A DNA stretch of 64,000 bases, from positions 39,680,001-39,744,000 of the forward strand of contig CM060733.1 of NCBI GenBank assembly GCA_030704615.1, in the 5' to 3' direction. Under the pieces are notes generated by a model. It did no database searches. It worked only from the letters and a program-made list of their open reading frames with translations, and was not told the DNA's origin. Shown in pieces: positions 40,781 to 53,555 of this stretch (the stretch's first letter is position 1; every line of letters starts with the position of its first letter). Position numbers and translations under genes: made by a program. The DNA comes from Takakia lepidozioides (lineage: Eukaryota; Plantae; Bryophyta).

Positions 40781-42355
40781 GTAATCACCAACTTGCATCC
40801 CATTTGAGCTTTGTCTTCAGTCATGGGCCAAAACACAGTGCATTGAGGAGCAGAGTTTGGAGATGGTTGAGCTAGAGTCTTCTGTAATTTCAACAGTTTA
40901 AGGGAATTCTTTGCTGTTCCTTGAACCATTCACTGTGTCTCTCCCCTTGAGGCTGGGTTTAGTTCATGCGACACAAATTAGACCGTTGTGATTATCACCT
41001 TCTGATGCAAGGGAGAGAAGTTGAGAGAGAAAGAAAGCCAGAAAACTTTCTGCAGGAGGGTTTTTGAGATGGATGGCAAAAGGCCTCACTAGCAGGACCT
41101 GCTTTTGTAGTCAACATTGGTTCTGACGTTCCAGTAAAAGTTTCCCAAATCCCAAGTTTGGCAATGAAGGTGCAGTGACATCTTGAATCAGACAACAGAT
41201 ATTATCCTTCTAACTCCTAACAGATGCTAAATCCAGGTACACTGGTGGTGGAAAGCTCTGGAAAAGGAGATGACTTGCTGGCAAGATGGATTGTGAACAG
41301 GCAGGCAAGGCAGATTTGTGCATGATGACTCCTATGGATTTATTGCAAGAGGAAGAACTCAACTGTAGGGATCCATGATCAGTAAGGACGAAATTTCATG
41401 TTGATACTTTTGATGGTACCCCATTTTTTTCTGAACCAGCACTGCAAGGTGTAACTGGAAGGAGGGTGCTCTCAGCTTTAAAAGAGAGCTGCTTTTTGCT
41501 CCCGTGCCATACCTCTAGGGACTCAATTGCCTGGTCAAATCAATAGCCAGGTATTTAAGCACCACACAAGTCCTTTATACCAGTATGTCTCATAAACCTC
41601 CTTACAGTCACTATTGTCCCAGAAGGCTATGTCCCTCGTCAAGCCAATGTAGGCAGCTTGCCAACTTCACTGCCATCCCCCAACTGAATCTTGGGAGAAA
41701 ATTTCTGCACCGGAAGGAAGTCCCGGGCCAGAGGTAGTGTGCTGGCAAGGAACTCTGGCTAGAAAAGTGAGGTCTGGCCTCTTGTGAATAACGTCACTTC
41801 TGCAAGTCTGAGAGCCAGTTGGAGAGGAAGGTGTCTTTCATGTGTGACATTTAAATCCTCAACAGAAGCATTTGTTAAACCTAAAGACTACTAAGAGCTG
41901 CACCACTGGCAACTCCGTCACACAAGTCCAAGCCTGTTGAGCAATCTTCATCGCAACGTCCCCTTCTACTAGACATGATTGAGGAGAGGAACTTTACAAC
42001 GTACATTAGAAGGGAATCAATATCACACAGCTGAGTACACATGACCAATGCACATACCTGGCTATACAAGATTCAAGGTCTGTCTTAGCCGGAACAAACT
42101 GGACAGGAAAGGTTCACCTCCAGAGTAGAGGGCATGTTGTAAACAACAGTTCACCAATAGAGGGTGGCATCTGTACCACAATCTGGACAACACCACACTA
42201 AATTTTTGCCAAATTTTAGGCGGGATGAAGGGTTGGATAAGTAGGTTAATCCTAAACCCCACCGTTCCTGCCTCCTAATGAGTCAGAGCTCAAACTCGTC
42301 AAGTTTCATGGAGGTACTAAGGGATTACCAATTCACAGTGACAGGCAAGCATGGA

Positions 42356-43361
42356 TTACGAATGCAACCACACTCGGTCCCGAAGTCGCTGAGGACCAGC
42401 ACCATAAAATTCATCCACCTTTTCCCCATCGCGGTAGAAGCGAAATGTAGGCGTGTACCGAACGTCCTGTGTTGTTTTTTCACACTTGTCAACGTCAGCA
42501 TAAATGAAGAGGCACCCTGCATAGTCGTTGCTTAGGTTGCAAAAGGTCGGCAGCATTTGCCTGCACGCTTGGCACCTGAAACCCTCGAACCAATGAGATC
42601 AACTGCAATATACATGCATACCTCCAAGCGTACTAATAGGCCTGCCACATACACCTTGGCAAAACACCCAATCGGAGAAAGCAAGATTGACAATGGGTAT
42701 CTCACTTGTCCCTAAAAAGGAAGGGACAGAACCATGTTCCATGATAGCAGAAGGGTGCACCCACGGCCCCAAACCAGGACACATCTCCCCAGTTGAGGCA
42801 GGGAAAGACTTACCACGGGGCTCCATAGTTCACCACTGCCTGCACAATCCCAACAGCCACAACCGTTTGAGAACTTTGTCCTTGTGTTTGTTATCCTCCT
42901 CAGAATTTCCTGTCAGACGCCACTGCGAAGCTGGCAGCTAATTGCACAGGAACCCTAGATTTCGACAATTCACGAACCTCCAATCCGTGTTTGGCAGAAG
43001 CACGTAACTGTAAAGAGGTCCAGAAGATCGGCAGGATGGAAGAGTCGAAGAGGGTGTTGAATGCTGGAAACACCCCTTTGCGACGCGATCATGCATATAC
43101 GGACCCATCTCATCATCCAGCAAGGCGATGGAATTGCGAGGTGGGTAGATGGGGAAATCTTGACATGGGATATGAGCAACTCACTGGACGCTTGGAAAAC
43201 TTGGCTTCATGGAGCAGATTAGTGAGCTCGTCGTCACTATGAGCGCTTGCAAGGTTTCCATGAAAATTGACAGGCAGCGAAGCATCGTCCAGACCCCTGT
43301 ACACACCAGCCCCCGCACCTGCACCCATATTACTGCTTCCTCCCTCGCTTGCTTGCGCCAT
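42356..43361 (-). CDS. Thioredoxin-like 3-3-type protein; exons 43361-43185, 42839-42814, 42575-42356
   Basis: Spliced product gives AVVNYGAPWCQAC active site and C-terminus YTPTFRFYRDGEKVDEFYGAGPQRLRDRVWLHS; canonical GT-AG sites in consistent phases. Confidence 0.9.
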
Positions 43362-43904
43362 TCTGCTCTCACAACTACCAACTCTTCACCGCATTTTGCC
43401 TACACCCACACCCACACGATGGTCCTGTAAAACACTACTGTAACACATTGCTTCCCAATGGACCTCATTGGAAACTATCCCGAGGCAGAACTATTGTGGG
43501 TTCAACTCTTCTATACAACAAAGTTAGATCCGTATTGGCCTGCCTTCCTAAGGTAAGATTACGCAGGAGGCGCGAGGAATTTTTCATGAAACCATTCAAT
43601 GTTTGACAGATATGAGTAGATAAATGGATAGAATGAGTGGATTTGTTGCATGCCTGACAAGTAAGCAAGAGACAGATTGCTTTTGGTGGCGATAACGCAT
43701 TGGCAGCGTGTCACTGTTGCAAAATCTCGCACAGAGTGACTGGATTTGCATGCAAAACGTGTTTGCGACGAGCTAAGTAGTGTACAGAGAGCCGGCTCAC
43801 ATTATTGCACGATGCCTTTGTTGAACAAGAACTAGAAGGGAGGAGGAGCTGAGTGCCTGACATAGGTTCCTTGGCTTGTGCAAGCAAACTGCGGGGCTTG
43901 GAGG

Positions 43905-44777
43905 ATGGCTGCACTGTCGCTCCTTGGGAGATGTGGTTCCTCTTTTCTCCATTTCTCTACTGCAAGTATGCAGGCTCAGAAACAGCCACCGTGCTTGCGC
44001 CTGTCTGCGCGCAGATTGCAACCAGATTGTCATTCGATGTCTGCTACGAAAGTCTCCCTCCAAAAAACTTCAAGCACAGATTCTGTTCCCCTAATTACTG
44101 TGAATTTGAGTAGTTGTGCTTCCTCCTTTCATTCCGGGCGTGGGCTGCTAAGATTTCATGGGTGTAACATGAGGGAGAGCGCAGGTGTTCCAAGGAGGTA
44201 TGCCTCAGTTAAGAGGACCACAGAGCAGAGCTGTGAGAAGGGGAAGGCAACCTTCAAGGGCGCAAGGGCTGCGAATGAAGGGGTGGTGAGTCTGGCAGTA
44301 GCAGTGGGCATACCATTGGTCGCGGGTATCATCGATGCTCTCGTCAACAGCCCTGGCACACAGTGGTTCAAAAACTTGAAGAAGCCTTCTTGGGAACCCC
44401 CGGACTTTCTGTTTGGAGCGGCATGGAGTGTCCTCTATCCATTGATGGGGCTTGCATCGTGGCTCGTGTGGGCGGAGGGGGGCTGGCAGAAGCAGGCCCT
44501 CCCCTTGACCGTGTATGCAGTACAGCTCGTCCTCAATCTACTTTGGCCTGCACTGTTTTTCGGGGCCCAAAACTTGGGTCTGGCACTAGTTGATATAGTT
44601 TTGTTGCTAGTAGCCATTGTGGTGACCATCGTTTACTTTCAGCGTGTAAATCCTGTGGCAGCTAATCTGCTGAAACCATATCTGGCTTGGGTGGTATTTG
44701 CCACTGCGCTCAACTACAACTTGTGGGCCAACAACCGGGGATCGTCGTCATCATCGCAGCCGCTTCCCCAGACTTGA
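43905..44777 (+). CDS. TSPO: TspO/MBR translocator protein with long N-terminal extension
   Basis: WFKNLKKPSWEPPDFLFGAAWSVLYPLMGLASWLVW, LNLLWPALFFG, LLKPYLAWVVFATALN. First ATG at 43905; Ser/Arg-rich leader. Confidence 0.93.
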   Translation: MAALSLLGRCGSSFLHFSTASMQAQKQPPCLRLSARRLQPDCHSMSATKVSLQKTSSTDSVPLITVNLSSCASSFHSGRGLLRFHGCNMRESAGVPRRYASVKRTTEQSCEKGKATFKGARAANEGVVSLAVAVGIPLVAGIIDALVNSPGTQWFKNLKKPSWEPPDFLFGAAWSVLYPLMGLASWLVWAEGGWQKQALPLTVYAVQLVLNLLWPALFFGAQNLGLALVDIVLLLVAIVVTIVYFQRVNPVAANLLKPYLAWVVFATALNYNLWANNRGSSSSSQPLPQT

Positions 44778-46858
44778 GTTGCCTTCTACTGCAGTGGGCA
44801 AGAAACATGACTTTTGTATCATAATACTGCCCGTCTCTGGTTGACGAGGCACTAACCACACCAGCTATTGTGCATCAGTGAATGAGATGAGTATGCGTGG
44901 ATTTGGTTGGTATGGATGTTTTGCTATGTTTTGTTGGCAGGCAGGACGACGCAGAGGGTTCAGTTCTTTGTGTCAGACAAATGCGCAAAGGATACCAGTT
45001 GCAAATTATTGGTCATGGATTGTTCCAGGAAAGCATAAGCAATGGCTGATCTTCCAGAATTTTACAACCTGTTTAACCTTCTTGCCGGCCTGCACAGGAC
45101 AAAATCAACTATGCTCACATCAGACATGTCCTATGAGCTGAAGTTTGACTGTGATTCAAGCGGGATGCAGATGCTATCCGTCAGGATGTTTACTGAGTAT
45201 TTCCAGCAAATGTTGCTTGACACTGCACTGTTGTCCGCTGCAAATAACATACAAGCTCCTAGCTACAGAGAGCACAATTCCCTTTCGGGATTTTGGGACT
45301 GTGACTTGCTGTAGGAGTGCTGTAGGAGTGCTGTAGGTTCAAGGGGTAAATCGACTAAAGCCTGCACACGCACCTTCATGCAGGATACACTGCTCTGTAC
45401 GTTCAATCCATTACCCCACATTCAAGCAACAGAAAATAGCCGAGTAACACTATATGGCTCATAAAGGCAATTGTCATGCAATTTGTGAACATACCAGTGT
45501 CTTGAAATGACACTGAGAATGGTTCAAAGAACCACATAATCCACACTTCCGGAGAATAGCAAATCCTTACTGTGGTAGAAAAGGAAGTCACTGAAACCTT
45601 ATAGCCATGGAGTTGTTGCAGATTGCAGAGCCAGGCAGGCATGACAAAAATGGAGGGAAGACAGGTACTAGAAGGTTCATTGTTTATCATGTAATTCCGT
45701 TCTATAGGCCACGAGCCTTCAATTACCTTCCGATAGAACTGTAAGTAATACCAAGGGTCTTGGGCGTTTCGGGTTTGTGGAAAGGGTAAAAATACATCAT
45801 CCCAGATGTTTTTCCAACATAGGTTTTTTTCCCAAACTGGAAAGTTAGAAAGCTGTGACACACTTTCTTCACAAATCTGCAGCGATGGTATCTTTTATCC
45901 CTATGAGATTAGGAACCTTGTGCTTCTATTGATCACTTGGTTAATCATGACCAAGCCTCTCAAGCAGAACCAGTTGTTCTGATTCTCCCCTCAAATCATG
46001 TAGACGAAGAGAGACTGCATGGCCCTTTATGATTTCATGAATTTGAAAACTTAAATTTCTCGTGAATGAAGACTTGTAAATGTCTAAGATGTGACCTTCA
46101 ATGTGCCAGCAGTGGCCATTTAAAACCTTTGATTCTGATTTTATTGGGTTGACCTTGCAGCTGGTAGTGCTTTGTGAAGAGTGTGGGAAATGCGAAGATT
46201 TCTCTATAGGAACATGGAAGATTGAACCGGCAGTCCAGTATTGCGTTGAACAGAGGCACTGATTGTGTTAGTCATGTTCCAACCTATTCCAACTGTTGGA
46301 TGGCTCACAAATGTCCGGAACATACACACATCCAGTGAACGGGAGAGAAGCAAATGAGAGGATTTAAGAATGAGTAGAATGTACTCATGAGAAGGCCATA
46401 CACCCTGAAAGTGATTGGCAAGAAAAGTTTAAAAAAAACTTTATTGGCTCTACCTGTAAGGGAGAGACTATGGATCAATGCAGGTTTTGAAATGCCACTT
46501 GGAGTTCCTGAAGTTTCCAATAATGCATATTCACTTTCATCTTCAAGCTTTGAAGAAGCCCCACCATCCACACCACAACCAGAACAGCACTCTGATTTCC
46601 TTCCACTCTCACCAGAGACAGTCAAAATACCCCCTTCGCTCATTACCTGTTCCAGTCAAGGGCAATTATGGGCTCACTTTCCACCTATACTGGATAGACC
46701 CCATGATGGGCTCTTGGATGGTTGATATGCCAGAGGAATGCCTCAACAATAGATCAGAGCCAATATTCTCAGGATCGATGGTGGAACGAAGTAGCTACGT
46801 AGCTACGTAGATCATTCAATGAAGCAAGACACTCACACCTTTTTAGGAAAACATCGTT

Positions 46859-49186
46859 TCACCAGTAATCCCCACAAGAACAAACCCCATCTTCAAAGTG
46901 GTGAAAGCGGTTAGCATCCCGTACAACAATTGCTCGGCCAACAATCTTTGAGATGAACTTGGTGGCAGTGTGGCAATCCCCACACACCCGAAGATTCTTG
47001 ATGAGACGGAGAGGCATCCCAGGGGCCGTGCTGATCAGCCCAAAAGCAATTGCCAGCTTCTCACTATGGTGGCAGAGAGAAAATTCCTTTTGCTCCTCGC
47101 CCACATCATGCAATACAAAGCGTGTGTCAGGCACATACCCTGCCTCCTTCATCTGCCCAGACAATCGTCTCAGCTCAGAATGGATTTCCTCAATCTTTGG
47201 ATGCGATTTGTCATCTACACTAAAGGTGTGCACCCTGTTGCCAACCTCAATGCAGCAGCAACCTGGATCCTTTCTAACCCCTCTGGCCTTCATCATTATT
47301 CTCACCTTTGCAGTATCCTCCCACCTGCCAGCTGCAGCATAGATGTTTGATAGCAACACATAAGCTGCAGCATCCTGTTTATCCCACTTGAGAATAGATG
47401 TTGCCGCGCGTTCGGCCATCTCCACATTGCCATGTATTTTGCAGGCACCAAGCAAGGCCTTCCACACCACAGCATCTGGTTTGATTGGCATGCTATTAAT
47501 GAGGTCCTCTGCCTCATCCAGTTGCCCTGCACGTCCAAGAAGGTCAACCATGCAGCCAAAATGCTTCACTGTCGGAGTGACACCATGATCTCGACTCAGG
47601 GAATCAAAGTAGCGTCTTCCTTCATCCAGGAGGCCAACATGGCTGCATGCAGAGAGAACACATATGAAGGTGATACTGTACGGCTTCAAGCCTTCCTTTT
47701 GCATTCCTTCAAATAGATGCAGGGCCTCCCTATGACGACCATGCTGGGCATATCCTGCAATCATCGCATTCCAGGACACTGCATTTCGTTCGGCCATATT
47801 GTCAAACACTCCTTTTGCATCTTCGATGCTGCCGCATTTAGCATACATGTCCACCAGGGCAGTGTTCAGAACGACATTTGATACAATTCCCGATTTGATG
47901 ATGTCACCATGGACCTCTTTGCCCTTTTCCAGGGCTGCCAGGCTTGCGCATGCATTGCAAACACAAACAAACGTAACCCTATCCGGCTTTACCCCTTCCC
48001 GCATCATTTGCTCATAGGTCTCCAAAGCCTCCATCCCGCATCCATTCTGGGCATATCCTGCAATCATCGCACTCCATGACAGCACATCTCGTTCAGCCAT
48101 ATTGTCGAAAACTCCCTTTGCATCTTCGATGCTGCCACATTTTGAATACATGTTCCCAAGGGCAGTATTCAGAATGATGTCTGGTACAATACCAGCTTGG
48201 ATAATGTCACCGTGGACCTCTTTGCCCTTTTGTAGGGCTGCCAGGCTTGCGCATGCATTGCAAGCGCAAACAAATGTGATCTGGTCTGGCTTCACCCCTT
48301 GCCCCATCATTTGTTCATAGGTCTCCAAAGCCTCCCTCCCACAGCCATGCTGTGCATATCCTGCGATCATCGTATTCCAGGACACCACATCTCGTTCAGC
48401 CATATTGTCGAACACTCCCTTTGCCTCTTCTATGCTCCCGGCCTTCGAATACATATCCACGAGAGTATTGTTCAGAATGACATCTGGTACAATTCCCCCC
48501 TTGATGATGTCACCGTGGACCTCTTTGCCCTTTTCCAGGGCTGCCAGGCTTGCACATGCATTGCAAACGCAGACAAACGAGATGTGGTTGGGCTTCACAC
48601 CTTCAACTATCATTTGCTCATATGTCTCCAGGGCATTTTTACCACACCCATGCTTGTTAAATCCTGCCATCATAATATTCCACGTGATCAAACTGCGTTT
48701 ACGCATTTTGTTGAACACATGGTGTGCATCCACAATGCTCCCGCACTTAACGTACATGTTCACAAGGGTGTTGTGTAGAAAAACGTTTGGCTTGATTCTG
48801 CTTTGGATAATGTGAGCATGCACCTGCTTTCCCACTTCCAGGCTTTTCATCTTGATGCACTTTTGCAAGAGACAGATGTAAGTATTTGAATCTGCTGAAA
48901 GGCCTCCTTGGGTCAAAATCTGCAGAGCCTCTTTCAGGTGACCTGCCTCACATAGCATCCTCACATTCCCAGAAGTGCCAGAAGAGGTATTATGGACTCC
49001 CTCTCTTGGTCCTCTTTTGGAAGCTATGGTCATGGTGGATGGGCCTGATTTTATCAACTGTGCTGCCGCTGCTGCTGCCAGTTGACCATCTACCCTTGCA
49101 GGTTTCTTATAGCTATCAATCCACAGAGATTCATAGGTAATCTTGTGCTTGAAATCCGGCCCTCTCGGATGAATCTGGACCCACAC
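46859..49186 (-). CDS. Intact PLS-class PPR protein with E and DYW cytidine-deaminase domain (organellar C-to-U editing factor); true start uncertain
   Basis: 775-aa open frame with 14 P/L/S motifs, PG box, HHSEKLA, CGDCH and terminal CSCGDYW; intronless. Confidence 0.96.
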   Translation of the reverse strand: MWVQIHPRGPDFKHKITYESLWIDSYKKPARVDGQLAAAAAAQLIKSGPSTMTIASKRGPREGVHNTSSGTSGNVRMLCEAGHLKEALQILTQGGLSADSNTYICLLQKCIKMKSLEVGKQVHAHIIQSRIKPNVFLHNTLVNMYVKCGSIVDAHHVFNKMRKRSLITWNIMMAGFNKHGCGKNALETYEQMIVEGVKPNHISFVCVCNACASLAALEKGKEVHGDIIKGGIVPDVILNNTLVDMYSKAGSIEEAKGVFDNMAERDVVSWNTMIAGYAQHGCGREALETYEQMMGQGVKPDQITFVCACNACASLAALQKGKEVHGDIIQAGIVPDIILNTALGNMYSKCGSIEDAKGVFDNMAERDVLSWSAMIAGYAQNGCGMEALETYEQMMREGVKPDRVTFVCVCNACASLAALEKGKEVHGDIIKSGIVSNVVLNTALVDMYAKCGSIEDAKGVFDNMAERNAVSWNAMIAGYAQHGRHREALHLFEGMQKEGLKPYSITFICVLSACSHVGLLDEGRRYFDSLSRDHGVTPTVKHFGCMVDLLGRAGQLDEAEDLINSMPIKPDAVVWKALLGACKIHGNVEMAERAATSILKWDKQDAAAYVLLSNIYAAAGRWEDTAKVRIMMKARGVRKDPGCCCIEVGNRVHTFSVDDKSHPKIEEIHSELRRLSGQMKEAGYVPDTRFVLHDVGEEQKEFSLCHHSEKLAIAFGLISTAPGMPLRLIKNLRVCGDCHTATKFISKIVGRAIVVRDANRFHHFEDGVCSCGDYW

Positions 49187-49974
49187 TCCATCTCTGCTCC
49201 TTCAGCTATCCATGCCTCGGCACCAATATGCATAGATGAAGCCCCTTGCTGCTAGCAGCTGACAATGGCAGCCTAAATTTTTCTAGCAAACACGCCAACC
49301 CTAGTTATCACTCACTAGTTCCTGTGCTGCATTAATCCCCAAGACTTTAGAAATGTGCTGGAAGAGAATGTACTCGAAAGACGTTGTTTGCCGTAGCCTT
49401 ATGGCCATGGACCACGCGACCAGTTTGAGCTGAACACAGAGGGACAGAAACTACCTTTGTCAGGGGCTGACGCCGGTAGTATGACTTACCTTGGAATAGA
49501 CGTGGTTCTCGCATACCAATCCGAGATCACCCGACTGCAGACACAAGCAGCGCAAGCAAGAGGTCCTTTGTGTTGATGGGTGGCTGAATCCTCCGTGGGT
49601 GAAAGACAAGCTAGCTGCTTTCATGACACAAGGTCGAGGACAATGTGGTGAGTGCACCTTCTTCTTCAACACATTTCAGCCTGTTTTGTCCTCGTGTCAG
49701 CGTCGTCCCTAATTTTCTCCAAGTCAGCTTGGTTGGTGGATCTATGGTGGTTTGGAGTGATTTTGACATGTTACGGCCAATGTGGCAACAGGCAAATATC
49801 CAAAAACAGAAAACAGAGACGAGGAGAAGCTTTGGAAGGAATACTTTTCGGACCCCCAGTCCATGGTGGGACGATCAAAGCAAAAAGGTGAATGCCTGTT
49901 AAGAAGCAGACAACAAGATACATTGCAAAGCTTTTTCTTGGAAATTTTCACCCTCTCTCTCTTCCAGCACAAGA

Positions 49975-50170
49975 TTCATGGTGTTGGGTACTCTCATCAG
50001 AGAGACGCCCTATTCAAATCCATGGAGGGATTTCTGTTTACCAACTTTGAAAATCTGGAGGCGGAGCCAAAATGCCAGGCCCTGTTGGGGCCTAGTAATT
50101 GGGCAAATCACACAGAGCAGAGTGATGCATGTGTAAAGGGATTTCTACTTGGAGGATATCTGGAGAACTG
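49975..50170 (+). mobile_element. Decayed LINE C-terminal fragment
   Basis: SHQRDALFKS..LEAEPKCQALLGPSNWANHTEQSDACVKGFL matches ORF 2060-2812. Confidence 0.8.
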
Positions 50171-50689
50171 GGATTTGACGGGAGGAGCGGGCAGTGGACA
50201 AACTTTTATTTGTTTCTTCTCATCCAAGCTTTGCTTCGATTGTGGTATATCAAACATCCACAAGCTTATCTTTTGAAAAAACAAAATATATTATTTCGAT
50301 GGTGACGTAACGAAAAAAGGTACAATCCATTTTGGACTTAGTAGCATACCTCTCAATTGCAACGAACTACCATCATTAGGCTTAGAAAACTCGGACTCAA
50401 TGTCTAAATCATTTGATCAAGTCCAACTTATGGTGCTACATGAAGCTACATGAAATCTCTACTGTTTGCACTAATATACTTGCATTTGCATACCAACCGA
50501 TGATGTCAGCAAAGTTAGCTTCAAGGTAAAGACTCCACATTCAATGTACCTGATACACGCTAAGGAGAGATGAGCACCATACATCAGTATATATAGCTAC
50601 ATTTTCAGCACTTCCAGCACTCTTGCATCTTGTATTGGCAGCATGGAGTCACATGAACCAGATACATTGGAGTTGTCGCTTACCCAACT

Positions 50690-51660
50690 ACCAGATCAGC
50701 CGTTTCGACTCTCACGACCTTCAACATCACGCCGACGCTCTCGAGACGATAGGCCACCTATGTGACGCGTACTTCCTCGTCTGGACCCCGTACGACGGCA
50801 AGTAGAGCCTACTCGAAGTTTGATAATTCTATTGGAGGTTGAGTTTCGGACCCAGACGGCAACGAAATCATGTTTGAAGGCAGTTTCAAAAATCAGAATG
50901 CTCAAATCACTGCGTGGTCCCAAGTTCAAGGTATTGGACACTATCGATGGTTGCAGGGACCTATAAATCATTTGAGTCAGAACGAAGAGCCGAATACTTG
51001 ACAAGTATCATTCGCCGGATTTTGGATTTTCTCCAACTCTAAGCAAGTCCAAGTTAGATTTTACCGCTCCTCGAGGAACTCGGCGCTAGAGGAGGGGATG
51101 ATGTAAAGAAAAACTTACCAGGAGTAAATACCAGAAGTTATCAAGTTACCATGTTATCAGAAGTTATCATGACTTACCGTGATTTACCATGATCTATCAT
51201 TACTTACTGAGCTACCGGGAGTTTATCAAATTACCAATAGTAAGTTGGGAAACCATCAAGAAACCTTTGTTTAATCTTGGAAACTTCTCCATCAAGAAAC
51301 CTCCATAGGGGAAGCTTCTTAGGGAACTTCTTAATAGCCAGTATATATAGGAGGCGTATAGACACTCTTCAGTCTCGCCAACACAAGTTCAAGCTACTCT
51401 TGTTCCCAGTCCCAGTACTCCAGTCCAGCTTCCAGTACTCTAGTCTAGTTTCCAGTATCTGGTACCCCAGTTCAGTTTCCAGCATTCCAGTATTCGAGTC
51501 AAGTTCCAGTATCTTGTACTCTTGTCCATTGTTATAAAGATCATCTTGATTCATGTTTATCCACCATGCATTCGGCCACGCCGACCTTGACTTCTTGTCT
51601 AGTCTTGTACCTCTAGTCTGATCTCTTGTTTATGTTCAGTCATGTTCTCATCTTTGACAC
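50690..51660 (+). mobile_element. Possible Ty3/gypsy 3' end (PPT + LTR) relic
   Basis: Purine tract GAGGAGGGGA (51088-51097) followed by TGATGT, then short internal repeats and a TATA-like TATATATAG at about 51342. Weak chromodomain-like peptide upstream. Boundaries uncertain. Confidence 0.4.
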
Positions 51661-52149
51661 ATTCTCGTTTGTGTTCATCCCACATACATTCATCCGAAAC
51701 CTTTTTCATCGTATTTTCGTGTCACATTGTCGTCATGGAGTATGTCTGTCTTCGATCCGATTGAATGGACATTGCATCCTTGCAGTGGAGTTCGCGTCCA
51801 CGGCTATAGGCCCACTTGTTTCCTCGGTTTTGGGGTCCGCATCAGTAATCTGCTCACCCATCAGGGAATCTGCTCATGGGTTCTGCTCCACCTTAGCTGC
51901 CCTCGTTATCTGCAAAATAACTTGGAAGTACTAGAATTTCAATTGCGCTTTAGACTCAGGGTCTCTAGCTCGTTTGTGACGCCAATTGAACTCAGTGTCC
52001 TCCCCATCACCAAGGGACCTCCCATTGAGCGGGGATGGATTCTTGCCATTAAATGCGTAAGTTCGGAAGACAAGCTCCGAGGAGGTCATTTTTACCCCAG
52101 GTGCTGGCGAAATATTGGAGCATCTTCCTCCCCCTGCGCTCTCTGAAGT

Positions 52150-53360
52150 ACTAATTGAGAATTAGAGTTGCATGTGAAAAGAAGACACTGAATTTTTGCA
52201 ATTGATTTGTTGTTACGGTATTACTCTGTAAAAAATCTATATTAAAATCCCTTATTATTATAGTTGGACATGTATGTGGGAAATTATCAATGAGGTTTTT
52301 GAGAGAATATAAGAAAATAGTTAATTATAGTGTTGGAGGCTTATACACCGCAATTATGTGAATTATTTTCCTGGTATTCAAATTAAATGTTGCAGCTATA
52401 TATTCAAATTCCCGCTTGGTTGCTAATTTAACATGTGTGCGAATATTTTTACATGCTCTTTTTAAAAATATTGTTGGTTTGTTCAGTTGACTTTGGAAAT
52501 TTTTATATATGTATCTATTTCTAAATTAAATAATCCAATAAGTTTGTTGAATGAAATATTTGTATTAACATCCATTTTATTTAGTGTATCAAATGCTATC
52601 TTTGCATATCGTCTTTGTATCATTGTCATCTAAGCTCCATCTATGTCTTGTTGAAAAGGTTCTAAAATCAAAGTTAAATGCATAAGAGGTAATGGATAAT
52701 AAAAACGACATACTGCTTGATTTTTTTCGTACAAGTCATTTGTGTCGATGAATATAGATCATCATGAGTCAGAAATGTAAATTATAAATGGTATATATAT
52801 AAGAAATATACGATAAATAATAATAAAAACCTTAAGAGCATATGAAATATAAAAAAATAATTTTGTAATATTAATGTTAGTAGATGTGAAATGGTATATA
52901 AATTGATAGATCTAAAGGACCTGAAGGGATCTAAGATCTGAAGAAAACTAGATGTTTTGAAAAGTTGAAAACATATGGATATTACTAGGTAGACTGAAAA
53001 AATCCTTTATTAATTAAATATCTAAATTAAAATAAACACCTAAATTCATTTACATACAGATATATATAACAAATTTAAAGAAGAATTATATTGATAAATA
53101 TGAGAATTTTTATATAGAGTAAATATGTTGATTAATTATAATATATTTTTAACTGATATACAACAATTTCAAGAAAATAACACAACAAAATGAGTTTATA
53201 GTATATAATATAATTATATTAGCTTCTTAAGATTGAAAATATAAATACAATCAAGACTTTATATATTGAAATTAGATTATTTCTTTTAAAAAGATTTTTA
53301 TTATTATCAATTGCTTATTTTTATTTTTATTTTCATTTGTATATAAATTGATGGATCTTA
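52150..53360. other. Extremely AT-rich non-coding tract
   Basis: Sharp compositional drop, no ORFs. GGACCTGAAGGGATCT.AGATCTG occurs at about 52917 and 53363. Confidence 0.8.
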
Positions 53361-53389
53361 AGGGACCTGAAGGGATCTGAGATCTGCAT

Positions 53390-53555
53390 AAACTAAAACT
53401 ACCATCAAATGAGCGGCTGCTGCCATTGCAGGGGACACATAGGCCCCTATGCCCAAGATGTTGGAGGCTGTGCCCCCTGGTGCACCCATAGTGGTCAATG
53501 ATGGTCCATTATTTCCAGCATTACTAACAAACATTACCTCATGTTTGTTTACCAC
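53390..53555 (-). pseudogene. TPP2: Isolated tripeptidyl-peptidase II (subtilase) exon
   Basis: VVNKHEVMFVSNAGNNGPSLTTMGAPGGTASNILGIGAYVSPAMAAAAH matches plant TPP2. Preceded by a CAG acceptor; no other exons seen. Confidence 0.8.

Noticed and set aside
46859-47300. U-to-C (DYW:KP-type) editing factor
   Set aside because: It has a PG box, HSEK and terminal DYW typical of the C-to-U class.
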